Shown: positions 1 to 41,370, counted from the stretch's first letter. The stretch: DNA of 64,000 nt from the human T2T-CHM13v2.0 reference genome, Homo sapiens (GCF_009914755.1 NC_060931.1), one strand, 5' to 3'. The notes: generated by a model not told the origin, from the sequence alone. Translations and numbers: made by a program.

Positions 1-1
1 T

Positions 2-394
<393 letters not shown>

Positions 395-433
395 TTAGCC
401 AGGTGTGACGGCGTGCACCTATGATTCCAGCTA

Positions 434-665
<232 letters not shown>

Positions 666-779
666 CTACACACATATCACAAGAAATAAGGACCAATTGA
701 GGACCAGCTCTCAGGAGCCTGCTGGCAGCTGGTAGCAATCCATATCGCTTTATAAAGTCTACAGTAGGAAGTTTTGTGA

Positions 780-1335
<556 letters not shown>

Positions 1336-1497
1336 TGAAAACATCCAAGGCTAATATTGAGTGGGCAAGAGTTTGAGGCCTGTCACGTCAGAAACGAGAC
1401 CAAGATTCCACAGCTGACCTGTGCTCACAGCTGAATTGTGCTGAGCTGAAATACTGCGCCCGTTTCTTTCCATTCAACTTGTCTTGGTTTGACCTAG

Positions 1498-2009
<512 letters not shown>

Positions 2010-2163
2010 TAGACTGGTCTCAAACTCCTGACCTCAGGTGATCTGCCTGCCTCCGCTTCCCAAAGTGCTGGGATTACAGGCGTGAGCCACTAGACCCAGC
2101 CAGGTCTTTGTTTCTTAACACAGAATATTGTTTTTCTTTTGGATTATGATTATTATTCTTTGA

Positions 2164-2322
<159 letters not shown>

Positions 2323-2676
2323 TAAATATTTTTTGTAGAGACAGGGTCTCGCTTTGTTGCCCAGGCTGGTCTCAAATTCCTGGACTCAGGCGATCCTCCT
2401 GCTTCAGCCTCCCAAAGTGCTGAGATTACAGGCGTGAACCTTTCAACTTGTAATGCTTTCAGTATTTTCCCATCCCTTGATTGAACATTTGGGTTTTAAA
2501 TTATTTTTGTTGTTGTTGTTTCTTTTTGAGACAGAGTCTTGCTCTGTCACCCAGGCTAGAATGCAGGGGTGTGATCTCGGCTCACTGCAACCTCTGCCTC
2601 CTGCGTTCAAGCGATTCTTGTGCCTCAGCCTCCTGAGTAGCTGGGATTACAGGCGCCTGCCATGATGCCCAACTAA

Positions 2677-2826
<150 letters not shown>

Positions 2827-3161
2827 TAATCTTAACCTGTTAACATTTTTCCTCTAATTAATGCTGGTTTTCTTTTATTGAGGAGTGAGGAGAAGCAAGA
2901 ATGGGGTCAACCCCATTGAAGAGGGATTTTTTTTCCAGTATACACTGTCATAGTAATGTACCTATATTGTAAAACATTTAGAAATGACAGAAAAGTCCAA
3001 AAAAGCAGTAGTATATGTCCAAAAATGAAAACACTGCTCTATTTGTGAGTCAAGTAATAATTCCAAATTTATATTCAAAATGTTTTACTCATTTCAAATT
3101 CAGGTTCTCATTCAACTATAAATAAAATAATATTCTGTCCAAAAGTATGTGTATTTAATAA

Positions 3162-3353
<192 letters not shown>

Positions 3354-3642
3354 TAGGATCACAGGCATGCACCACCATTTTTTATATGTTTTGCAGAGAT
3401 GAAGTCTCGCCATGTTGCCAGGCTGGTCTTGAACTCCGGGGTTCAAGCAATTTGCCTGCCTCGGCCTCCCAAGGTGTTGGAGTTACAGTCGTGAGCCCCC
3501 ACACCCTGCCAAGGCTTGTTTTCTAGATATTTGAGTAAAATAATGGTTCTTCTGCAAATGAGGCTCCACTGAGGTTAATTCACGCCCTGGTCTTTATTTA
3601 TTTATTTATTTGATAAAACAAAAGAAAGGTGTCAAATGATAA

Positions 3643-4509
<867 letters not shown>

Positions 4510-4722
4510 TAATAAGTTGTTCCCAAATTAAACGTGTCTACCGAAAATAGTCTTCTAATTCCAAAGGTCCTTTTGGACAAAGAATAGGATAGAAAATAAG
4601 GAAGGGAAGAAGCACATTAACCCTTTACACTCCACTTAAATGCTGTAAGGAGGCCTTTCTGTCATCCAAAAACAAACACTGTGCATAGTTGTGGATTTTG
4701 GTTGCTGTGATTTATCTTTTAC

Positions 4723-4777
4723 CTTTCACTTGGTGATACTATGGATCTCTCCGCATCTGTTACCATCCCAGGGCCAC
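4723..4777 (-). pseudogene. GTF2IRD2P1: GTF2IRD2-type exon (55 bp)
   Basis: ctacag|GTGGCCCTGGGATGGTA...AGTGAAAG|gtaaaa; encodes GPGMVTDAERSIVSPSE. Confidence 0.88.
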
Positions 4778-5180
4778 CTGTAGAGGAATGAAAAAACACA
4801 CACCAGCCCCTTTTAGCACCTCGGAAAATGACTAACATCCAAAGGCATAGAAATTGACAGCAAATACACAGAAAACGGAACTCCCAGATCGAAGCCAACG
4901 TGGAAAAGTCATCGAGAGAGAAACTGACTCAAAGCAGCCGCTGTGTTCCGGGGCCATTTGTGTGGGCAGGATGGGGGTTACCGAGGAGTGTTTTGGGGCC
5001 AGAGCACGGTCGTGCGGCTGAGCCTCAGCTCACCAGCTGGGCTGCCTCCAGCAACTCACTAAACCTCCCTCTGCCTCCGCTTCCTCGTGAACACGGTGGT
5101 TGTGGGAGGATTCATGAATATACGCAAAATGACTAGAACAGTGCCTGCATGTTGTAAGCACTAAGTTAGAGCTGCTATGA

Positions 5181-6028
<848 letters not shown>

Positions 6029-6275
6029 TTATTGTTTTTCTATGATGATGATACAAGTCAGTTGGGACAACAATCCATGGCCACCTGCCACCCTGCCCCT
6101 CTCATTTGTCCTTTAATGTGAGTTAGAGGATGACAGGAACTCACCAACCCTCCCGAAACAGACTTTCCACTGTGTTTAGTCCCCGGCTAAGAAGAACTGA
6201 AGCATGTCATACACCCAGCAGGTGCCTTGTGAACTGTGCCACCCCCCACCCCTGCCGTCTCCTTACTCCACTTAG

Positions 6276-6515
<240 letters not shown>

Positions 6516-6649
6516 TAGACTGGTCTCGAACTCCTGACCTCAAGTGATCTGCCCACCTCTGCCTCCCAAAGTGCTGGGATTACAGGTGTGAGCCACTGCA
6601 TCCGGCCAATTTTTTTTTAATAGCTACAAATGTATTTTTCTTTTTTTAA

Positions 6650-7003
<354 letters not shown>

Positions 7004-7174
7004 TAGCCAGGATGGTCGCGATCTCCTGACCTTGTGATCCACCTGCCTCAGCCTCCCAAAGTGCTGGGATTACAGGTGTGAGCCATCACGCCCGGCCCCC
7101 AATTCAAGTTTTAATGAAGAAGAAGTGGTTCAGCAGCTCAGAAGAGCCACCAAACCTGAGAAGCTGTCACTTAC

Positions 7175-7203
7175 CCAGCTGACTCTCTGGTCCTAGGAAG
7201 GGT
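7175..7203 (-). pseudogene. GTF2IRD2P1: GTF2IRD2-type micro-exon (29 bp)
   Basis: ttgcag|ACCCTTCCTAGGACCAGAGAGTCAGCTGG|gtaagt; encodes PFLGPESQL. Confidence 0.88.
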
Positions 7204-7370
7204 CTGCAAGAAAAGCAACACCATTACCCAGCACGGACCAATGAAAAAAGCATGACACATCTGAACAGTCAGCTCTGAAACGCAGCAGGCGGGATGCACG
7301 AGTGAATTAAAATTAGGCTATTGGTTTCATCTTTAAATGAACTGAAGGGGCGGGGGTGCAGAGTGTGTCA

Positions 7371-7924
<554 letters not shown>

Positions 7925-8035
7925 TAGTTTTTTTTGTTTTTGTTTTTGTTTTTAATTAAGAGACAGGGTCTCGACTGGGCTCACTGCAACCTCTGCCTCC
8001 TGGGTTCAAGCAATTCTCCTGCCTCTGCCTCCTGA

Positions 8036-8206
<171 letters not shown>

Positions 8207-8238
8207 TAGCTTTTTAAAACACTGCAAAGGATTTTTGA

Positions 8239-8427
<189 letters not shown>

Positions 8428-8618
8428 TAGGTGGAGTGACAACTGAGGGGTGAGGGAGGTGACTGAGCCAACATTGACTGTCTTTAGCAATATACTGGCC
8501 TTGATGCGGGGCTCTCTAAAATGGGATCAAGGAAGAAAGAGTGATCAATACAGAAGTTTCCACAGAGCAGAAGATCCAAGATCCACATCATCTTCTATAA
8601 GAACACTTAATCTGGTAA

Positions 8619-8723
<105 letters not shown>

Positions 8724-9385
8724 TAACACAATGAAACCCCGTCTCTACCAAAAAATACAAAAAAAGTTAGCCGGGCGCGGTGGCGGGTGCCTGTAGTCCC
8801 AGCTACTCAGGAGACTGAGGCAGGAAAATGGCAGGAACCCGAGAGGCGGAGCTTGCAGTGAGCCGAGATTGAGCCACTGCACTCCAGCCCGGGCAACAGA
8901 GCGAGACTCTGCCTCAAAAAAAAAAAAGAACTGGTGGCCAGGCATGGTGGCTCACACCTGTAATCTCAGCATTTTGGGAGGCCGAGGCAGGAGGATCACC
9001 TGAGGTCAGGATTTCGAGACCAACCTGGCCAACATGGCAAAACCCCATCTCTACTAAACATACAAAAATTAGCTGGGCAAGGTGGTGGGCACCTGTAATC
9101 CCAGCTACTTAGGAGGCTGGGGTGGGAGAATCGCTTGAACCCAGGAGGCAGAGTTTACAGTGAGCTGAGATTGTGCCAATGCACTTCAGCCTGGGTGTCA
9201 GAGCAAGACTCCTCTCAGAAAAAAAAAAAAAAAAGAACTAGCTCCTCGCTTGATAAGCATATGGGTTTTGAAATGTTCAAACATTCTAAGTAGTCATGGC
9301 AATAAGACTGTCTGTGACACTGTCCTACTCCTGGGTGAACCACTTAGAGAATTCATGCTTGGCTGGGCGTGGTGGTTCACGCCTA

Positions 9386-9810
<425 letters not shown>

Positions 9811-10444
9811 CTGCAAATGGATGATTGGCATTAGGTCAGTTTCTAAGCATTTGTGCTGTACACTTCCGTACTTTGTTTCTGGTATTGAAAGAAAAAAGGG
9901 GAAAAAAGTGAATAAATATAAAACAAGATCTTTTAAAGAAAAACAAGAAAAAATTGTATTTATGATAAACAGGTTAATGAACTATAAAAAAATCAACATA
10001 TAAAGAAATAGTAGTAGTTTAAGGAAATTATTATTTTTAGAGATAGGGTTTCACTCTGCTGCCCAGGCTGGAGTGCAGTGGGATGATCGAAGTTCCCGGC
10101 AGCCTCAAATTTCTGGGCTTAAGCGGTCCTCCCACCTCAGCCTCCAGGAGTGCCCCATCACACCTGGCTAACTTTTAAATTTTTTTTAGAGATGGGATCT
10201 CACTATGTTGCCCAGGCTGGCCTCTAACTCCTGGCCTCAAGTGATCCTCCCATCTTAGCCTCCCAAAGTGTTGGGATTACAGATGTGAGGCACTGCACCC
10301 ATCCAGAAATTATCTTTATAACAGAAATTTGATTTGCTATACAGTTGAAACGTGGCAATAATTGTATAGGAAGACTATACCCCTGAACCCATTCAAGACC
10401 AGCCCCAGAATCAATTGCTCCTCCAAAAGTTTTAAAACTGATTG

Positions 10445-13237
<2,793 letters not shown>

Positions 13238-13464
13238 GAGCTCACTGCAACCTCCGCCTCCCGGGTTCGAGCGATTCTCCTGCCTCTCCCTCCCGAGTAG
13301 CTGGGATTACAGGCTCCTGCTACCACACACCTGGCTAATTTTTGTATTTTTAGTAGAGACGGGGTTTTCCCATGTTGACCAGGCTGGTCTCGAACTCCCA
13401 ACCTCAAGTGATCTGCCCGCCTTGGCCTCCCAAAATGCTGGGATTACAGGCGTGCCTGGCCCCA

Positions 13465-15450
<1,986 letters not shown>

Positions 15451-15884
15451 AGCATGCATGCCAGGTGCAGATCTCAGCTACTTGGGAGGCCAAGACAGGA
15501 GGATCACTTGAGCCCAGGAATTTATGACCAGACTGGGTAATATAGCAAAACCCTGTCTCAAAAAAAAAAAAAAAAAAAAAGCTGGGCACGATGACTCACG
15601 CCTGTAATCCCAGCACTTTGGGAGCCAGAGGCAGGCGGATCACCTGAGGTCAGGAGTCTAAGACCAGGCTGGACAGCATGGGGAAACCCTGTCTCTACTA
15701 AAAAATACAAAAATTAGCCGGCTGTGGTAGCAGATGCCTGTAATCTCAGCTATTTGGGAGGCTGAGGCAGGAGAATGGCTTGAACTCAGAAGGTGGAGGT
15801 TTCAGTGAGCCAAGATCATGCCATTGCACTCCAGCCTGTCCGAAAGGGCAAAACTCTGTCTCAAAAAACAAAAACAAAAACGAA

Positions 15885-16250
15885 AAACCTGCAGCCATAG
15901 AAAAGAAAGAAATCATATCCTTTGCAGCAATGTGGAGGCAGCTGGAGGCCATTATCCTATGTAAATTAATGCAGGGACAGAAAACCAAATACCACATGTT
16001 CTCACTTGTAAGTGGGAGCCAAACCTTGGGTACACATGGACATAAAGATGGGGATGGGAACAATAGACACTGGTGGCTCCTAGAGGAAAGAGGGAAGTGG
16101 GGGCAAGGGTTGCAAAATGAACTACGGGGTACTATGCTCACTACTGTACCCCAAACCACAGCATCACACGATATACCCATGTAACAAATCTACACGTGTG
16201 CCCCCCGAATCTAAACTAAAAGTTGACATTATTAAAAGAAAAGAAAATAT
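15885..16250 (+). mobile_element. L1MA-type 3' UTR
   Basis: atcctttgcagcaatgtgg...aaaccaaataccacatgttctcacttgtaagtggg...cccatgtaacaaatctacacgtgtgcccc. Confidence 0.82.
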
Positions 16251-16549
16251 AAAAAGATTATCACACCAATTTCAGAACAGTTTCATTACAAGATGAATAC
16301 TAGAGAAAATATTTGCGACAACAAAATTAACATGCAACTATGAATCTTAAAAAAATCTACAAGTAAATTTCAGTGATTAGAAATTCAACTGGCATCTGAC
16401 ATTAATGAATTGAGAATACCCTTCTTGTGTATCAATTACATACTGTATTATTTAAAGATGGCTTCATTTTTTAATCTGTCTTCTTGATAGTGGAGACCTT
16501 AATTTGGGATCTCGGAAGTAAATTTGAATCAATCTATCACTCAATTCTC

Positions 16550-16866
16550 CCCTCTCTCATCTCTCTCTCTCTCTCTCTATCCATTCATCTAATCTATCTA
16601 TATACATATATATATATATATAATTCCTGTCTCCCTTATCTATCTATCCATCCATCTAAGCTATCTACATACATATATATATATAATTCCTCTCTCTTAT
16701 CTATCATCTATCCATTTATCTAATCTGTCTATATACATATGTATATAATTCCTCTCTTATTTATCTATCTACCTATCTATCTAATCTACTTATACACACA
16801 CAGACACACACACACACACACACACTTTATATACCTTCTGCCAATCCATAGAGACCCCTCTCTCTG

Positions 16867-16898
<32 letters not shown>

Positions 16899-16900
16899 CA
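16550..16900 (+). repeat. Compound CT/TCTA/TA/CA low-complexity array with ~60-bp higher-order periodicity
   Basis: Repeated unit ctatccat..atctaatctatctatatacatatatata..taattcct.tctcttat, followed by (CA)n runs. Confidence 0.9.
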
Positions 16901-17168
16901 CCCTTATACCCTCTGACGAACCTTTCTGATTTTTATCCTTTCATGGTTACAAGGAATATTAAATTGCTATATCAATACTTGGTAAATAACCTACAGTGTT
17001 AGAGATTACCACCATAAAAGGTGTAGTTTTTTGTCTGGTTTTGTTTTGTCTTGAGACCGGGTCTCGCTCTATGGTCCAGACTGGAGTGCAGTGGTGTGAT
17101 CACGGCTCACTGCAGCCTTGACCTCCCGGGCTCAAGAGATCCTCTCACCTGAGCCTCCTGAGTAGCTA

Positions 17169-17862
<694 letters not shown>

Positions 17863-18075
17863 CTAAAGAGTATTTTGTAAAATGGTGTTTATTTTAGGAA
17901 TTAAAGATAATTTGTTCTATGTCCTTGAAATTTATTCTAATAAACCAGAGTACCGCTGAGGACCTAGTATAAAATAAAATGACCATTTGTCTTGGACTCT
18001 GCAGTGTTAAGCAGTGTTTATTTGGTAAGCTGAATCCAAGAAGATGTGTTAGGATCGTTTCTAGGAGAATGCTTA

Positions 18076-18330
<255 letters not shown>

Positions 18331-18391
18331 CTACAAGGGCAGATCCAAGTTTGTGGGGCCTGGGAGGCCTGATTTAAGAATACAAAATTAG

Positions 18392-19004
<613 letters not shown>

Positions 19005-19766
19005 TAGTAGAGATGGGGTTTTGCCATGTTGGCCAGGCTGGTCTTGAACTCCTGACCTCAAGTGATCTGCCCACCTTGGCCTCCCAACGTGTTGGGATTA
19101 CAGGTGTGAGCCACCGTGCCCAGCCACATGGTGTCTTCCATGACAGCTCCCTCTCTGCTGAAATAGCATTTCCCACCCCCACCCATGGCATCACTCTTCT
19201 GCTGCCATTTTCATCAAAGACTGATGTCACTTGGCATGTTTTTAGGTTTTTTTCTGGTGGCTTTTATTTTTTTAATTTTAGAGATGAGGTCTCACTATGT
19301 TGCCCAGCCTAGTCTCAAATTCCTAAGCTCAAGGGATCCACCTGCCTCTATCTCCCAAAGTGCTGGGGTTACAGGCATGCACCACCACGCCTGGACCACA
19401 TTGCATGCATTTTATTTAAATTTTTTTTTTTTTTTTTTTTAAGACGGAGTCTCATTCTGTCACCCAGGCTGAAGTGTAGTGGTGCGATCTTGGCTCACTG
19501 CAATCCCGGGTTCAAGCAATTCTCCTGCCTCAGCCTCCTGAGTAGCTGGGATTACAGGCGTGAGCCACTGTGCCCGGCCTTTATTTAAGATTTGCCTCCT
19601 TAACCATTACACCTGTAATCCCAGCCCTTTGGGAGGCTGAGGTGGGCAGATCACCTGAGTTCAGGTGTTCAAGACCAGCCAGGCCAAGATGGTGAAACCA
19701 CATCTCTACTAAAAATTCCAAAATTAGCCAGGCGTGGTGGCAGGCACCTGTAGTCCCAGCTAATCA

Positions 19767-19868
<102 letters not shown>

Positions 19869-20484
19869 TCACACAAAAAAAAAAAGAAGTGTCAGGTGCT
19901 GGCAGAGACACTGCTTTTCCCTAATTGACCTGTTTGGTCCTCACATTAACCATATTTTACAGCTACTCTCATTTACAGATAAGGAAACTGGGCCAATGAG
20001 GAGGTGAGAAATCACTCAAGGCTGCCAGGTACAGTGGCTCATCCCTGTAATCCCAGCACTTTGGGAGGCCAAGGGAGGAGGATTAATTGAGGCCAGGAGT
20101 TTGAGACCAGCCTAGGCAACATAATGAGACTCTGTCTCTACAAAAAATTTAAAAATTAGTGGGGTGTGGTGATGCATGTGTAGTCCCAGCTACTCCGGAG
20201 GCTGAGGTGGGAGGATCGCTTGATCCCAGGTGTCTGAGACAGTAGTGAGCTACGATTGCACCACTGCACTACAACCTCGGTGATGCAATGAGACGCTGTC
20301 TCAAAAAAAAAAAACCACACACACACAAAACAACAAAAAAACAAATTGTTCAAGGCGAGCCTGGTGTGCCAAGCCCTTGTTCTGGGCACTTGGCTTATAT
20401 TATCTCCCTTAATCCTTCCCACCACCCCACGTGCTAGATACTGGGATTAATTTAGTTGAGCTGTAATACATCAATACTGTGTGA

Positions 20485-20721
<237 letters not shown>

Positions 20722-20741
20722 TAGAGATGGTGTTTTGCTAA

Positions 20742-20885
<144 letters not shown>

Positions 20886-21026
20886 TAAGGTATTAAAGAT
20901 CCACTAGGTGAAAAAAAAGAGTGAAAGATACATATGCCATTTAAGGGAAGCACAGGAAAACTCCTATTTTGTTTATATGTGAATAGAGGCACATAGATGC
21001 CTAGAAAAGTGTCTGGGAGGGAATGA

Positions 21027-23523
<2,497 letters not shown>

Positions 23524-23727
23524 AAAAGTCACACTTCTTAAAGTTGCAGTCTCACCAATGCACCACCCAGATATTTTTATAAATGAAAATAAAAGGAGAA
23601 TCATATGGTTCCAGATGACATTGCTAATAATTTGGTATATCATTTTACAGATTCATTCTTCATGCTTATTTTTCATAAATTAATACACATGCATTTTATT
23701 TTACAAAGTAAGAATAATACTATACAT

Positions 23728-23810
23728 TGGGGTCCCCAACCCCTGAACCATGGACCAGTACCATCTGTGGCCCATTAGGAACCAGGCTGCACAGCAGGAG
23801 GTGAGCAGCC
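23728..23810 (+). mobile_element. MER1 (hAT-Charlie) 5' fragment
   Basis: ggggtccccaacccc...gaccagtacc...ttaggaaccaggctgcacagcaggaggtgagc. Confidence 0.75.
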
Positions 23811-24229
23811 TGCTTTTTCTTTTTAAAAAGTAAAATATAACAGAGAAAACTGCACAAAACAGAAGTGTTCAAATTAAATTTTTTTTTTTTTTGAGACAGG
23901 GTCTTGCCCTGTTGCCCAGGCTGGAGTGCAGTGGCTCATTCATAGCTCACTGCAGCCTCAAACTCCTGGGTTCAAGCGATCCTCCCACCCCAGCCTCCTG
24001 AGTGGCTGGAAGGCCAAGGGAGGATCGCTTGAGCCCAGGAGTTTGAGGCTGTGCCACCACACGCAGCTGGTTTTTTTTGTTTTTTTTTTTTTTAATTTTT
24101 TGTAGAGACAGGGTCTCGCTATGTCACCCAGGCTGGTCTCAAACTCACGGGCTCAAGCAATCCTCCCATCTTTGGCCTCCCAAAGTACTGAGACTACAAA
24201 CATGAGCCATCTTGCCCAGCCCCTAGAAC

Positions 24230-28800
<4,571 letters not shown>

Positions 28801-29773
28801 TGTACAGTCAATGAAGTAGAGGAGTAATACTTTTTTCCCCTAATTGTTAAACCAGTTGTTCAGTTGTCTTCCAGTCCTAGCTAATCATTACAGTCTCCTT
28901 TGGCATTTCTTTTTTTTCTTTATTTTTTCTTGGTAGAGATGAGACTTCACTATGTTACCTAGGCTGGTCTCAAAACTCTTGGGCTCAAGTGATCCTCCCA
29001 CCTTGGCCTCCCAAAGTGTTGGGATTACAGGCATGCACCACCACACCTGGCTAATTTTTGTATTCCTTTTTTTTTTTTTTTTTTTTTGAGACAGAGTCTT
29101 GCTCTGTCTCCCAGCCATTCTCCTGCCTCAGACTCCCAAGTAGCTGGGACTACAGGCACCTGCCACCACACCCGGCTAATTTTTTGTATTTTTAGTAGAG
29201 ACGGGGTTTCACCATGTTAGCCAGGATGGTCTCAATCTCCTGACCTCATGATCCACCCACCTTGGCCTCCCAAAGTGGTGGGATTACAGGCATCAGCCAC
29301 TGTGCCCAGCTTGTTTTTGTATTTCTAGAAGAGATGAGGTTTCACCATGTTGGCCATGCTGGTCTGGAATTCCTGACCTCAGGTGATCCTCCTGCCTCAG
29401 CCTCCTGAAGTGCTAGGATTACAGGCGTGAGCCACCTCGTCCGGCCCCTTTGGCATTTCTGACCCTTGCTTGCTCAGTGATGTGTATCCCTCAGTGTCTG
29501 GAGCACATTGTGAAGAAAAATGCAAGGTTTATGGTTTTTATTGTTTTAATTTTATTACTTTAACTACAGGTAAGGTCTTGCTATGTTGCCCAGGCTGGTC
29601 CGAAACTCCTGGGCTCAAGCAGTTCTCCTGCCTCAGTCTCCGAAAGTGCTAGGATTACAGGTGTGAGCCACCGCACTCGGCCATCTATGTGCTTTTAAAG
29701 TTCCACAGGTGGCTAGGTGTGGTGGCTCACGCCTGTAATCCCAGCACTTTTGGAGGCCAAGGCAGGCAGATCA

Positions 29774-30157
<384 letters not shown>

Positions 30158-30643
30158 TTAAACCATTGTGCTCTGGCCTTTCTTGCTGTTTGAGCGTAAC
30201 TTCAACTGTTATTGCCGTGAGCAGTCTTCTCAAGCTCCTCCTGGGCCCGGCTTCCTGATGGTGGCCTCACTGAACTGTTCTGCTGCTTACCACTTGTCTG
30301 AAGCTTCCTCTTTTCCCTTTTTGAACTCTTATTAAGCATTGTTGGCTTCCTGTTTGTACTTATATGATGTAGCTGGTACTGGGTAAGAAATCACTAGCAG
30401 CTTTTCAAGTAGGAAAGACGGTCTGAGGTGACAGTTTAGGCTTTGTAATTAGGCTCAGCACTTACGAGACTATTTGCAGTGTCCGCTCTGTGCCATCTAC
30501 TTTGCTGCTGGTCTGTGGAGGAAGCAGAGATGAAAACACCATCTTTGCTGTCAAGAACTCACCTGGTGGAAGAGGCAGATGTATGGATAATCATCACATG
30601 ATGATAAATGCCATCGTTGTTGCAAAAGTCATAAATATTATGA

Positions 30644-30913
<270 letters not shown>

Positions 30914-31659
30914 TGATCCACCCCCCTTGGCCTCCCAAAGTGCTGGGATTACAGGCGTGAGCCACCACGCCTGGCCATGACAGCGTATTTTTAAAATGAA
31001 GTTACTAAATGAAAAATCGAAAATTTAATGGAAGCAAGACTAAATTAGTTTACTGGGTTGTCTTCTTTAATTTACTTGTATCCTTTCCGTAGACAGTCTG
31101 GCACAGGTTTGAATGTGTCCTGGCTCTTCATTACTGAGGCTAATATATGCAAAAGTGTGTCCATCCCTTCTACCTTTATTCACATTCCATTACTTTTATA
31201 GACTTTTCTTTTTTTGCTTTCATAATTAATACTGGCAGTTGACTTTCTTTTCAGGGGTCTTTCTTCACAAACAAATTTTTTCCATTTTCATTTTCTTTTT
31301 TTTTTTTTTTTTTTTGAGACAGGGTCTCACTCTGTCACCCAGGCTGGAGTGCAGTGGGGCAATCTCAGCTCACTGCAGCCTCCTGAGTAGTTGGGACCAC
31401 AGATGCAAACCACCACACCCAACTGATTTTTCAATTTTTTGTAGAGACGGGGGTCTCGCTATGTTACCCAGGCTGGTCTCAAACTCCTGGGCTCAAGCAA
31501 TCCTCCCACCTTGGCCTCCCAGCATGCTGGGATTACAGGCATGACTAACCATTTAACCATAAAAAATATTTTTTTAGTCACTTAAAAAGAGACTTTGTCA
31601 TGTTGAGGGTCAGATGCTAAGTTATCAGCAGGCTCAGTCATGTCCCTCTTGATTTTTAG

Positions 31660-39322
<7,663 letters not shown>

Positions 39323-40654
39323 CCTTTGTCCCCTGTCCCTGTTCCCCCCACCCCTTCCCTAAATCTGGACCTTGGCACGTGCTAGAAAGAGCCTTGGACC
39401 CTTCCAGCTGCGTAAAGCAAACCTACCCCGGATCTCTGGCTTCAGCCGCCAGGGGGCAGTGGCAGCCCTGGGGCCCTTTCCCTTCTGGAGGAAGCACAAG
39501 CCTCAGGGAAGGGGAAGCAGGATGCGGAGGGCCAAAGCCCGGGACCTCTACTTGAACAGTTCCACTGGGGAGGCTGGAGAACTAAGGAAACACCTGTACA
39601 TAGTGTCCGCTGCCCTGACTCCCGCTTAGCGCACCCTTAGGCAGGCGCCCCTTCCACCTTTCCCCGAGAGCCGTCGTCGCTGGAGGGGGCAGGGTCCAGC
39701 CCGCCTGGATCGGTGGTGTGCACCTGATGGGATTTGGGAAATGGGCTATCCGTAAAGCTTTATCTTGCTTGGCTTAGCTGTGAGAAGTGGTTCTCTTCCT
39801 CTGGTCCCTTCTGGGGACTCTGTTTCCCCATTTCTTGCTGCTGTGTCCCTCACCGGTTCCTTGCAGGATTCCCTCCTTTTTAAATGCCCTTGAATCTAGC
39901 TTTGCCTTGGAGACCCCAGTGGGTGCTGCTCCTGCCATTTTCTTCCTGCCAAGCCTGAATCAATGTTTCATCTCCAACCCTCTGCCAGTTTGGCCCCTCA
40001 GAGCTTGGTGGCTCAAGACTGTTAGCCTGGCAGAGCCAGGGGTGAAGGGAGAAGCTCTTGGAGCAGGCAGGATGCCCACCGCTGCTTCAGCTGCCTCCTC
40101 GCCCAGCTACCCTTTGGCCCCATTGGGCCCTCGTCTGCCTCTCCAGGATTGTATGTTTCAAGCCTTGCCCTGTGTTCCTTTGTCTGACGCTCTGTGTATT
40201 GCTCTTTGAATCGAGTTTGGAGGAAGAGTTGAGTTGTATGAGTGGCGGCATGTTGGTAGTGCCGGACTTCCTGTTTCAAGTTTTCTGGGGCCTCGCTAAT
40301 TGAATGTGGAAAGTAGCACCACTTGACGGCTACAAGTGCCGACTCCTGAATTTTCCCATGGTGTTCTGACTTCAAGGGCTGGCAGCCAGGGAGAATGGGC
40401 CCAGGGGAAGCAAAGACCTCTTCCCTCTGCCGTTTCTGTCCCACTTAACTGACCTCACTGGAGGCTACATCACCCAAAGTAGATGTTAGAAAACCTAAAT
40501 TAATGAACCATATTTTTAAAATCCTATTTTTCCCAAACAGGGCCCTCTGCAGCCCAGCCTTTCCTTCCGTCCTTCTGAAACCACATACCCCAGGCCCAAG
40601 CGCCTTGCTGCCACGCCCAACCTCTTTGGGAGAAGTATGAATGCGTGTGTCTAA

Positions 40655-40660
40655 ATTAAA
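40655..40660 (+). terminator. Candidate proximal poly(A) signal ATTAAA of the POM121B transcript
   Basis: ctaaATTAAAagaa followed by a U-rich tract. Confidence 0.5.
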
Positions 40661-41364
40661 AGAAAAAAATATTTAAACGTTTTTTAACAAAAATTTATTT
40701 TTGTATTTAAGCTAAATTGCCTTTTAAATTCCTTCAAGCTTGGTTCATTGAGGTGGTTAAGTATAAATGCTATTAACTAGGAATTAGCTGTATAGTTAAG
40801 TTATGCCTGTGCAAAGAAGAGGCTCAAATGCTGTCCCCGGCAGCTTTCCTGGGGGACTAGAGCTCCTTCTGGCCATGTTATATGAAATGTAATTCTTATT
40901 TTATAAATAATGTGATGTAAATGTAACTGGTGCCCCCTCCCCGATGTGACTGAGGGTGAGTGAGTGGTGGTGGGGCTGCTCCTTCCCACCCCTCAGAACA
41001 GCTCTGATCCTCGTTAATACCTGGCTGCGTGTGCAGCTGAGGAGGGAGTGAACCTCAAGCCTAAATACCTGTTAGGATTGGAGGGTCTGGGTGGGCCTGG
41101 GCCTAGCAATCAAGCTTCTACCTGTACCTTATGTAAGGTAGACCCTCCTAGTGTCAGCACCTGAGCTAGTTTACCTCAGTTCCGCAGGCAGGACAGCCGG
41201 TCCGGGAACCCTGAGTGAGTGTGAGTGTGGATGTGTACAGTACACGCACTGGACGGCAGCGGGAGGCTGGGACTTTCCATTACAAATAGAGACTTCATTC
41301 CTGTTGAGTCTAGTTGGAACTTTTAGTATGAATGTGAGATTTTTCTCCTGCTTGTGACATTAAG

Positions 41365-41370
41365 AATAAA
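41365..41370 (+). terminator. Candidate distal poly(A) signal AATAAA of the POM121B transcript
   Basis: taagAATAAAaaac with a downstream U-rich tract. Confidence 0.6.
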
